Origin: Candidatus Latescibacterota bacterium
GTDB lineage: Bacteria; Latescibacterota; UBA2968; UBA8231
Direction of reading: 5' to 3'
Assembly (NCBI GenBank): GCA_965217585.1
Contig: OZ244561.1
Coordinates: forward strand, 704,001-768,000
Length of the DNA: 64,000 nt
The notes beneath the pieces are model-generated. The model did no database searches. It was not told the DNA's origin and saw only the letters and a list, made by a program, of their open reading frames with translations. Within the stretch, counting starts at the first letter, position 1. Every line of letters begins with the position of its first letter. The translations under genes were made by a program, and so were the position numbers. Below, piece after piece: positions 7,679 through 16,628 of this stretch.

Positions 7679-10318
7679 ATGACCTCATTAAAACGAAATG
7701 GCAAACCAAAGAGAACGATCCTAGCTTGTCTTTTATTTCCCATGATCTGGGGAGGATTATTTGTCGACTCGGTTGCTTGGGGACAGCGGGTGGACCAAGG
7801 GGGGTACGCCATAGAGGACGGGAGCAAGGTGGTCATCGATTCAAAAGACCAATGGGATCTCTGGCAGTCTGTTCACAAGACGATCCAGATCAGCGAAGAG
7901 GGGGAAGTGCGGCCTGCCTTCATCCGCAAGGGGATAAACGCTATCGCAAATGCCGCTGAGTTTGGAGGCGGTATCCGAGCCGCGGGTTCTAATCTTGCGG
8001 CCGCGGATGCCCTTTTGGACGGCGATATGAACACCTTCTGGGAACCGGATCTTTCAGATCTTCCAGAGAACTGGTGGGTACAAATTGATCTGGGACGGGG
8101 GGTATCTGCTAACAAGATTGTCCTCAAGTTTGTCGGGGAGGAGTTGGGGGATCCATTCCTCCACTTCGCGGTCACCACGTCTCAGGGGAAAGAATCCCTT
8201 GGCGCGCTCCAGTTTAGGAGGGTTTTCAGAACCGATCGACCGGGCCTTAATCAAAGAGTCTTCGAAGTCGATTTAACCAGCCTGCCGCCGACGAAATATC
8301 CAAATGTTGTCGGAGACTATACCGGGGACATGATCAGATATGTAGGAGTGGGCGTTACAGATAGCAATTACGGCAAGGCCCAAAAGGTCTCGGAGGCCGA
8401 GTATCTGAATCTTGTGCCCGAAGAGCAGGGAGATATAGAGTACTTCCGCCGAGAAGTATCGGGAAGGCTAAGGGTGCTGGAAGGGAAGGAGGATTGGGAT
8501 GCCCTCGAGGAGAGCCAAAAAGGGCCTTTAGTCTATTACCGCCGAGAGCGTCCAAGGCTTGCAGAGGTAGAAGTTTGGTCAATCGGCGACAATATCGGCG
8601 TGACCGTACTCGATCGTGGGGGCAAAGTGACGAGCTCCGAAAGCAATGGAGTTGAATTTGTCTTGGTGGATGGGGATATCTACAGTACTGAAGCCGCGCC
8701 GTTCTGGCCCATCAGAGGAGGGTATAATCCCGATAGGTTGCTACCGACAGAGTCACCAAAACAAGAGCGCGATGCAGTTGTAGATCTTGGAGGCACCTTT
8801 TTCGTGGACAACATCCGCTTGTTTTTTCCGGTTCACCCTGGCCCCCCAAGAGCCTACAGGATTCGGCTGTCAGACGGTTCTAGGCATGCCGACGGGACCT
8901 TGGTCTGGAAAGAAGTTGGAGCGGAGCCTAATGTCGTGGGTGGACAACTGTATCACGACCACAAATTCCCTCTCACTATAGCCAAATTTTTTGCCTATAC
9001 CTACAGGCTCTTTGTGGGGCAGGGCCGCAAAGGGTTTGCCGAGGTACAGCTTTTTGGAGAAGGCTTCATGCCGGAGTCCACGATCATATCCAACTTTGGC
9101 GGCACCGCCCCTTTTATAGAGCTGGGGAGGACTTCGCAGAATCTGGCTACAATAGAATGGGATGCGGATACACCGCCAGGTACGGATGTTATTCTTCAGA
9201 CCAAGACGGGTGATACGGTCGAAAATATAACCCACTACTACAAGAAGAACGGGGACGAATATCCCGGCACAGAAGAGGAAGCCAAGGAAGAGTACGAAAC
9301 TCAAAAGAAATTCTTCGGGGACGCATCGGTAGGGGCCATTGTCACTGAAACTATCCCGGGAAGCGATTGGAGCGGTTGGAGTGAGCGCTATTTTAAGCCG
9401 GGCGATGCGATAAAATCGCCCAGTCCCAGAAGATTCGTGTCGGTCAAAGCGACGTTTCTGACGGACAATCCTATGGTATCGGCGACCTTGCGTTCGGTGA
9501 CGCTCAATTTCGTAAACCCCGTGGCCCGCAGCGTAGTTGGCGAGATTCTGCCTCACCGTTTGAAAGAGATAGGCTCCAGTCAGGAACTGACCTATTTCAT
9601 CCGTCCGACCTTTGAGACCGTCAGTAAGGGCTTCGATGATATCCTCATAGAGGCCCCTGCCGGCGTCAAAATGAAATTCAAGCAACTCAATGTGGACCTA
9701 GCGGGGAGCTCGACTGAAAGTTATACAGCCCAGAGCGAAGGCTTTCAGATCATTTCCGAAGAGTCCGATTCGCTCTGGGTGCGTCTGCCCACTGTTATTA
9801 AAACCACTAGTGGGACGACACAAGTCGGGGTCCAATTTGATGCGACCATATTCGGCTTTACTACCTTCTTCAATGGTTCCATAGCCCATTCTTCCTTTGA
9901 AGATTCCTGGCAAAGAGTAGATGATGGCAATGCAAATGGGATTCTGGGAGACAGCGAAAAGACCGTTGTTCTAGCCCTTGAAGGCAAAGAGGTACTGGGG
10001 GCTATCGCGCTCGACCGCGAGGTTTTCACGCCCAATGCCGATGGCATCAACGATGAGCTGTCGGTGCGCTTTCCGCTCACGCGCGTGTCCAAAGCAACCC
10101 CGGTCCAGGTGCAAATATACGATCTCAGTGGCCGCCTCGTGCACGAATTGATCAATGAGCCACTCTCTGCTGGACTCCATACGGTGCCTTGGACAGGCCT
10201 CGATACCTTTGGAGAGCTAGTGCCCCCTGGCGTATATCTTCTGAGAATCGCTATTGATACCGATTCGGATTCGGTGAAAAATACTTCGGTTAATCACTTG
10301 GTACATGTCGTCTATTGA
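7679..10318 (+). CDS. Secreted protein with two discoidin-like domains and FlgD/CHU_C-like CTD (paralog B)
   Basis: LLDGDMNTFW, WWVQIDLG, VVDLGG, WSGWSERY, GEILP, VFTPNADGINDE and PGVYL motifs. Confidence 0.8.
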   Translation: MTSLKRNGKPKRTILACLLFPMIWGGLFVDSVAWGQRVDQGGYAIEDGSKVVIDSKDQWDLWQSVHKTIQISEEGEVRPAFIRKGINAIANAAEFGGGIRAAGSNLAAADALLDGDMNTFWEPDLSDLPENWWVQIDLGRGVSANKIVLKFVGEELGDPFLHFAVTTSQGKESLGALQFRRVFRTDRPGLNQRVFEVDLTSLPPTKYPNVVGDYTGDMIRYVGVGVTDSNYGKAQKVSEAEYLNLVPEEQGDIEYFRREVSGRLRVLEGKEDWDALEESQKGPLVYYRRERPRLAEVEVWSIGDNIGVTVLDRGGKVTSSESNGVEFVLVDGDIYSTEAAPFWPIRGGYNPDRLLPTESPKQERDAVVDLGGTFFVDNIRLFFPVHPGPPRAYRIRLSDGSRHADGTLVWKEVGAEPNVVGGQLYHDHKFPLTIAKFFAYTYRLFVGQGRKGFAEVQLFGEGFMPESTIISNFGGTAPFIELGRTSQNLATIEWDADTPPGTDVILQTKTGDTVENITHYYKKNGDEYPGTEEEAKEEYETQKKFFGDASVGAIVTETIPGSDWSGWSERYFKPGDAIKSPSPRRFVSVKATFLTDNPMVSATLRSVTLNFVNPVARSVVGEILPHRLKEIGSSQELTYFIRPTFETVSKGFDDILIEAPAGVKMKFKQLNVDLAGSSTESYTAQSEGFQIISEESDSLWVRLPTVIKTTSGTTQVGVQFDATIFGFTTFFNGSIAHSSFEDSWQRVDDGNANGILGDSEKTVVLALEGKEVLGAIALDREVFTPNADGINDELSVRFPLTRVSKATPVQVQIYDLSGRLVHELINEPLSAGLHTVPWTGLDTFGELVPPGVYLLRIAIDTDSDSVKNTSVNHLVHVVY

Positions 10319-10345
10319 AGTCAATCCGGGGAAGGGATAGATAGG

Positions 10346-12058
10346 TTGAGGTTGAGTAGACCACATTTTTTCAGACCATCGTGGGTGTGGCTCCTTTTCT
10401 TTGCATCAACAGGACAGGCTCACGGAGAGGTCGTCATCGTAGGGGGTGGTCCGGGTACATCTGCGTGGGACGGACAATATTCTGAGATATCCGTCATCGA
10501 TTTTGAAACTAATCCCGGTCAGATCCAGCCCATTCAAAATGAACCCGAGGATAATATTGCCTTAAAAATACTCGAAAGAGGAGGTAAGGTAACATCGCCC
10601 AATGCGAGAATAGTGCTCGAATTATCCGACGCTGAGTCAATTAAACTCTTAAATCATATGGTCAGCGGTGATAGGACCAAGGCCTTTGAAGTTAAGGGGA
10701 TCGTTGCTATAGGAGTCATAATTGATATAGACCTAGGCCAGCGTTTTGCGGTCAACAGACTCAGGTTTTTTCCGAGGGAAGGTTTCGAAGGCTTTTTTCT
10801 GAAGGGCTACGAAATATCTTTAAACGATGGTAGTGAGGAGCAGAGGACCTTGGCGGGAAGGCCCGATTTCAGGCTCTTTAAAACAGTAGAGCGCAACACC
10901 AAATCAATAGTCGAAGAGAATATACCACTGCAATTTGTCCGTTTTATAAAGTTAAAACAGCTTGTTAGAGGAGAGTGGGAGATCGACGAGATGCAAATCT
11001 TCGGCGAAGGATTTGCCTCTGAAGCTTCGTACACATCAAAGGTATTCGATCAACAACAGCCTGCCGTCTTTGGGGGGATAATATGGTCCGGGGGGCATAT
11101 AGGCGAACCGACCAAAGCAGGTGTCACCCTATCTACAAGGAGCGGCACCAGTCCAGATCCCAGTGACTCTTTAGCCTGGAGCACCTGGTCGCCTCCCTAC
11201 CCTCCGGGAGTTCTCACTGATATCTCATCACCGGCACCCCGTCAATTTTTTCAGTTTCGCTTCCTCTTTACAAGCGACGATTTTTTTTCTGCGGCCACGG
11301 TTGACTCGCTCGCATTTGAGGTTTCTCCTGCACTGACTGATTCGGTGAAGGGCGAGATCCAGCCGCAAAATGCCTTTATCGGGCAAGCTACTACATTCAC
11401 CTATACCCTGAGGTCGTTTAATAGCAGAGGCTTCGACCGCCTCCAGATAAAGACCCTAGCACCGGTAGATGTGGTACGATCAGTGGCAATAGATGGAACC
11501 GATATCCCCATCGACTTTGTCAATGTCGAAGACGGGGTCCAGATCAGCTTCCCCAAGATTATGGGAAACAGCACCCTTAAAGTGGTCTTCGACAGCATAG
11601 CCCTGCAGTACAACACCGTCTTCAGCGGCAAGGTCTCCGATAGCTCCAGATCCGACAATCTGCCCCAATTGGTTGTAGCGGGGGACACAGATACCCTGAC
11701 CGCAGGAGGAGACCTTTCCGTCACGATCCTCGTGGGCAAAAACCTGCTCCACGCGCTGGACGTGGCTCCTGCCATTACACCGAATGGAGACGGAGTAAAT
11801 GATGAACTCCTCATAACCTATGATATCGTCAACCTGACGCATGCAGCTCCGGTTTCGGTAAGGGCATATGATCTTGCTGGCAGACTTGTAAAGGAGATTT
11901 ATTATGGTTTGGATTCCAGTGGGAGATACCAGAAGGCCTGGGATGGAACCGACAATGGTAGACAAAAGATGGGACCTGGAATCTATCTGGTGCACCTAGA
12001 GATAGAGGCAGATTCGGGGACAGAAGGCAAAACGGCAATCGTATCTTTAGCCTATTGA
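10346..12058 (+). CDS. Secreted discoidin-like/FlgD-CHU_C-like CTD protein (paralog C)
   Basis: Signal peptide, IDIDLG, WSTWSPPY, GEIQP, ITPNGDGVNDE and WDGTD..PGIYL motifs. Confidence 0.8.
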   Translation: MRLSRPHFFRPSWVWLLFFASTGQAHGEVVIVGGGPGTSAWDGQYSEISVIDFETNPGQIQPIQNEPEDNIALKILERGGKVTSPNARIVLELSDAESIKLLNHMVSGDRTKAFEVKGIVAIGVIIDIDLGQRFAVNRLRFFPREGFEGFFLKGYEISLNDGSEEQRTLAGRPDFRLFKTVERNTKSIVEENIPLQFVRFIKLKQLVRGEWEIDEMQIFGEGFASEASYTSKVFDQQQPAVFGGIIWSGGHIGEPTKAGVTLSTRSGTSPDPSDSLAWSTWSPPYPPGVLTDISSPAPRQFFQFRFLFTSDDFFSAATVDSLAFEVSPALTDSVKGEIQPQNAFIGQATTFTYTLRSFNSRGFDRLQIKTLAPVDVVRSVAIDGTDIPIDFVNVEDGVQISFPKIMGNSTLKVVFDSIALQYNTVFSGKVSDSSRSDNLPQLVVAGDTDTLTAGGDLSVTILVGKNLLHALDVAPAITPNGDGVNDELLITYDIVNLTHAAPVSVRAYDLAGRLVKEIYYGLDSSGRYQKAWDGTDNGRQKMGPGIYLVHLEIEADSGTEGKTAIVSLAY

Positions 12059-12097
12059 TCCATTGCGATTTCAACTAAAAAATAAGGTGGGATTCTC

Positions 12098-14812
12098 ATG
12101 GTGGGTCATACTCTCAGATCTAAAGTGCTTAATATAGTTTCAACAGCCATGGTTTGCTCTGTAGGTTCACTGGTGCTGATTTTCAACACTCACTCTGTGG
12201 CTCAAGATACTGCTTCGACGCGAATAAAAGGGATACGTCGAGGTGGTGAGCTTACCTTTGAACCAACCGGACCTGGTGTCATGTTTGGTGCCTTGGACCC
12301 GGCGGTCAAAAAATGGTACGTGCCGCAGGAACTCTACTCGGAGTATCAGTGGAAGCAGTGGGAGTACACCAACTACGCCCGGAATCGCTACCGGCGCTAT
12401 GTGAATACTGCCAACGAAGGAGATTATTTCTACGATCTCTACGGTTCCTATATCACCCGGGGTTGGTTGATCTACGACTGGACCCAGACCCAACCCCAGC
12501 AGGGGGGCAGCAACCTGTTCAAAGACTCGAAGTTCGCGAGCTTTTTCAGCAACCTAATCATAGCCTCCGATCAAAAGGGACAGCACTTTCTGGCAGTAAC
12601 CATAGGCAATCAGATCAGGTCAACCCTGACGCCGATGACCTTCTCTAAACCGGCGTTTGACGGGATTCAGGTGGATTATCAGTCCGACAAATACGAGGTG
12701 ACCACCATCCTTTCACGGATCAGTTCCCCCGGAGGTGCTGGTGTACGCAACCCCGCCATTAATGAGAGGACCACCCTGACGACCTTGATGGGGGGGAGAA
12801 CGACAGCGCAGGTGGGAGATCTTGTCAAAGTCGGAGCCAACTATGTAAGCGCCCACAACTCCTTTCAACTCCTCGATGCCTTTGAGGGGAGTCCGCGAAG
12901 CGGTTCGATTACCTCGAGTCAAAATGTCGAGAACATAACACAACTTTTCGTCCGTCTTTCGGACGATTCACCCGAGGACAACGAAGGTGGCACCACCCTC
13001 TTTGCATGGGATCTGATCATAGAAGCCGATGTTGTAGAAATCGACCCTGTTACGGGAGAGCCGACCACCCGGAGAGAAAAGGTACGGGCAAGCGAAGTAG
13101 GACTTACACCTTCTCCCCAGGGTGGCTTTCAACGCCGGGGATTCTGGGAAGCCAGCGGTTCCGAGCAGATAGACCTAGAATTCGATCTTACGGACTCGAG
13201 ATACACAGGCCCTGATCCAACAGAAATAAGACAGGTAACGTTCGAGTTGGTGGTGGCAAACGACTACAGGATTGAGGTGTCTTCAAACCGTCAGACAAAC
13301 AGGCAAGGCAGCAAGGTCTTCCTGCTGGCAGCCCGAGCCTTAGACAACGTCAAGGATGGCTCGAATTTAAGGGTCCTCGAAATCCCTTACGGCCTACCGA
13401 CAGCCACCGAAATATACGGGGGAACTCTTGAGGTAGAAAATTTTCTGGGATTTGATTTTTACGGAGAATTCGACCGGAGCACCAGTTACAGAAAGTATCC
13501 CAACACGGCGCAAACAAAACACTTATCAGGCTCTGATGAAGGCGATGGCTGGATAATGACCTTATCGAAGAGGACCGATCCATGGTTCTTCTTCAGCGAA
13601 GCCTACAGAATGGACCACGATTACAATACAAGCGCAATTCTGGCCAAGGGAGAGGTTCTTATAGACTACGAAGACAGGACTCAATTTTACTACGAATTTG
13701 TTGACGACAACGACGATCAGGATAGAAGACCCGATTGGTCGAGGGTATTCGAAGACACGGATGTGGAGGTGTTCCCCGGCCTAGACGAGAACTATGATTT
13801 TATATCTGATTTTAATCAAAATGACAGCAGAGACCGACCCAATCTAGTGCCCGACTACGAAGAGCCATTTTTAAGGTATAACACAGACCGACCCGAGTAT
13901 CTGTTCGGTGTCGACATGAACAACAATGTGTGGGTAGATCGATTCGAAAACGACGATGAACCAGACCTTCCCTATAATAGAGATCACAGAGGGTACAATG
14001 TTTATTTAGGTGCCGATATCGTTCCGGGGATAAGGGCCACATTCGGCCACAACAATGAGAAACTCCTTGCAGGTGCCAGGAACAACACCACCAGCTATTT
14101 TCTGTTGACTCTGAACAAGGACTACCCAGGTCTGGGCAAGCTGAAGATCTTCGAGAATCTGAAGCTAGCAAAGGACGATATAGAAAACGATCTACGCCAG
14201 TGGGACGAAGTGGAAAGAAGGAACGTTCCGACCATCGATCCACTGGCCGCCCAAGATACATGGATAAGTTCGGCTTATGCAAGTTTTGACTATACAAAGG
14301 TCAGGGACCTGAACATTATTAGCAAAATAAAATACGATCGGTGGCATCAACGGAAAAATCAGCCGGATTTGAGGGAGAATTTTACTTTTTTCGGCTTGAT
14401 CAATAAGGTAGACTACAGATTTAAGATTGGGACTTTTGATATCCGGCCGAAGATTAAAAACGAACTGAGGATAGAAACACCAGTACTTAAGACATCTCCC
14501 AAACGCCAAGAAGATACCATACTTATGATTCTGCTGGCACGATGGCCCTTGCTCAACCTTTCCTCGATTGAAGCGGGAGTGGAGTATACTATCTTCCAGC
14601 AGCTCAGAGATTCGGATAAAGCCGTTCGGGAAGGGCTCGACGACGACTTTACTGAAATCGTGGGAGCAGCGCAATTCTCCAACACTTCAAACTACCTGGG
14701 ATACAGCCTGACAACCCAGATGGGCTTCAGACTGAGTAGAAGGAACCTTGATGGAGAAGATGCCGAAATGGGCCGAGTAGCCTTTGCCACGGTTTATGCC
14801 GGTTTCGAATAA
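12098..14812 (+). CDS. Large secreted protein, probable outer-membrane beta-barrel with Asp-rich loops
   Basis: Signal peptide, many amphipathic aromatic-ended strands, DxNxD-type loops and a C-terminal ATVYAGFE strand. Confidence 0.55.
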   Translation: MVGHTLRSKVLNIVSTAMVCSVGSLVLIFNTHSVAQDTASTRIKGIRRGGELTFEPTGPGVMFGALDPAVKKWYVPQELYSEYQWKQWEYTNYARNRYRRYVNTANEGDYFYDLYGSYITRGWLIYDWTQTQPQQGGSNLFKDSKFASFFSNLIIASDQKGQHFLAVTIGNQIRSTLTPMTFSKPAFDGIQVDYQSDKYEVTTILSRISSPGGAGVRNPAINERTTLTTLMGGRTTAQVGDLVKVGANYVSAHNSFQLLDAFEGSPRSGSITSSQNVENITQLFVRLSDDSPEDNEGGTTLFAWDLIIEADVVEIDPVTGEPTTRREKVRASEVGLTPSPQGGFQRRGFWEASGSEQIDLEFDLTDSRYTGPDPTEIRQVTFELVVANDYRIEVSSNRQTNRQGSKVFLLAARALDNVKDGSNLRVLEIPYGLPTATEIYGGTLEVENFLGFDFYGEFDRSTSYRKYPNTAQTKHLSGSDEGDGWIMTLSKRTDPWFFFSEAYRMDHDYNTSAILAKGEVLIDYEDRTQFYYEFVDDNDDQDRRPDWSRVFEDTDVEVFPGLDENYDFISDFNQNDSRDRPNLVPDYEEPFLRYNTDRPEYLFGVDMNNNVWVDRFENDDEPDLPYNRDHRGYNVYLGADIVPGIRATFGHNNEKLLAGARNNTTSYFLLTLNKDYPGLGKLKIFENLKLAKDDIENDLRQWDEVERRNVPTIDPLAAQDTWISSAYASFDYTKVRDLNIISKIKYDRWHQRKNQPDLRENFTFFGLINKVDYRFKIGTFDIRPKIKNELRIETPVLKTSPKRQEDTILMILLARWPLLNLSSIEAGVEYTIFQQLRDSDKAVREGLDDDFTEIVGAAQFSNTSNYLGYSLTTQMGFRLSRRNLDGEDAEMGRVAFATVYAGFE

Positions 14813-14864
14813 TCTAAAGATGACCTATTTCTTGCCCGCTTTTGGGTGCAGAGCGAGTTTGCGT

Positions 14865-16538
14865 ATGGACGCTAAAGTTTGGGGCTTCTCAATCGCACTT
14901 TTGGCTATATGCATGAGTTGCGCAGAGGAGACTGATGCTCCAGAAGTCACTCAGGATGATCTGGTAGTCGCCGAGGTGGGAGACAAGGCGATAACCGTCA
15001 AGCAATTGCGAGAATTCAGCGATAACCTTCCCAAACGTCACCAGAGCATAAAAACAGGGCTGGAGAGAGAAAGGGATCACCTGCAGACAATGATCGATAT
15101 GGAGTTTCTGCTAATGGAGGCCCTAAACGAGCGTATTGCCCAAAGCCCTGATTTTCTCAGAAAAATGGAAACAATAAAAAAAAGAAAGCTTGTCGGTGTA
15201 TTTCAACAAAGAAATATAAAGGTAAAAATAAAAGAAAATGAGATACAAGAATACGTGGAAAGGGAGGAACTCTCTAGGGCACTCAGGCTAGGGGATATAT
15301 TAGTCGATAGCAAGGATAAAGCAGAGGCTGTGTTCGCGGAACTCAAAGGAGGGGAAAGTTTTGCGCAGGTTGCTGAGAAATGGTCCATGAATAAAGATAC
15401 TTCAACTAGGGGTGGCGATATGGGCCAATATCTCATCAAAGATCAAATGATCCCAATTCTCCAGGATACGTTATTCTCTCTTGCGGTGGGCGAGGTATCA
15501 GCACCCATAAAAATTGGCAACCGCTATTCGATTTTTAAAGTCATCGCTGAAAAGATCATCAATCTCAACCCACAACAGCGGACGAAGATCGAACAGGATT
15601 TCGGAATAATTAAACTTGGTCTTGAAAGGGCGGCTTTGGTAGAACAGCTCAAGAATAGGTACCGTCTTGAAGTGGACCGAGGAGGGTTGAAAGCTTTTGT
15701 TGAAAGTTTGCGTCAAGGCGCATTATTTGCTGCGGAGGATGAACACAACATCGTCATCTATAGATACGACAAGGGACAAATAACCGCAGGAGATCTTGTC
15801 GACGTGGCTGGTGATCTTAAGGGTGATGTCCTTGCCAGTCTTACAGATGGCAAACGAGTACTCTCTTTTGCAGAGAAATATGCCATTCCCGCCATAATGA
15901 TAATGGAAGCCGCTCTGGATGCCGGCATAGATAAGGAAGAAGAGATAACAACATGGCTCAAAGATCAGAGGAGACAGCTTTTACTAGCAGAACTTAGGAG
16001 CAAAGCGTTGGAGGGCAAAATTAACCTGTCTACGGAGGCCCTTCAGCAGCACTACGACAGCCATCCGAAAAAGTACCTGCATCCTGAGCAACTAGATATA
16101 CAGGAAATACTGGTAGAGACAGAGCCAGAGGCACAGCGCCTTATCGAGAAGATTCAAGAGGGGGTCCCGATGGGCGAACTCGCACGGAAGTATACTCTCC
16201 GGTCCGTACAGGACCAGGGTGATGAAGAAGGCAGATTCCATTTTCACGAACACGAAAGTCCGCATTTTGGCGGTTTAGTAGAGGCCGCGTTTGAGGCTCA
16301 GATAGGGGAACTAAAAGGCCCTGTTGAGGTGAAGGACGGTTATTCTATATTCAAGGTACTATCTAGGGAACGAAAGAGGGAGACCTTTGCGGAGGCCAAA
16401 TGGCGGGTCAGAAGAGAGGTTAAAAAGATTAAATCCCGGGCGGTATTTAATCGATATGTAGAAGGCCTGCGGAATAAATACGAATCACATGTAAGCATTC
16501 GGGAAGATCATCTCAAAACTGCTTTCGAGATGAGGTAG
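14865..16538 (+). CDS. Parvulin-type peptidyl-prolyl isomerase (PrsA/SurA-like), probable lipoprotein
   Basis: Lipobox-like LAICMSC and VVAEVGDKAIT. Two rotamase domains (F..VAEKWS..TRGGDMG; ELARKY...GPVEVKDGYSIFKV). The start could be 14820. Confidence 0.85.
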   Translation: MDAKVWGFSIALLAICMSCAEETDAPEVTQDDLVVAEVGDKAITVKQLREFSDNLPKRHQSIKTGLERERDHLQTMIDMEFLLMEALNERIAQSPDFLRKMETIKKRKLVGVFQQRNIKVKIKENEIQEYVEREELSRALRLGDILVDSKDKAEAVFAELKGGESFAQVAEKWSMNKDTSTRGGDMGQYLIKDQMIPILQDTLFSLAVGEVSAPIKIGNRYSIFKVIAEKIINLNPQQRTKIEQDFGIIKLGLERAALVEQLKNRYRLEVDRGGLKAFVESLRQGALFAAEDEHNIVIYRYDKGQITAGDLVDVAGDLKGDVLASLTDGKRVLSFAEKYAIPAIMIMEAALDAGIDKEEEITTWLKDQRRQLLLAELRSKALEGKINLSTEALQQHYDSHPKKYLHPEQLDIQEILVETEPEAQRLIEKIQEGVPMGELARKYTLRSVQDQGDEEGRFHFHEHESPHFGGLVEAAFEAQIGELKGPVEVKDGYSIFKVLSRERKRETFAEAKWRVRREVKKIKSRAVFNRYVEGLRNKYESHVSIREDHLKTAFEMR

Positions 16539-16628
16539 AGGCGCGTGCTGTATGTCCCGTGTAACCGGCGGTATCCGACTAGTTGCCGCGCTAGGTCTTG
16601 ACGCGGATTGAGGTCGGCAAGAAACGGG

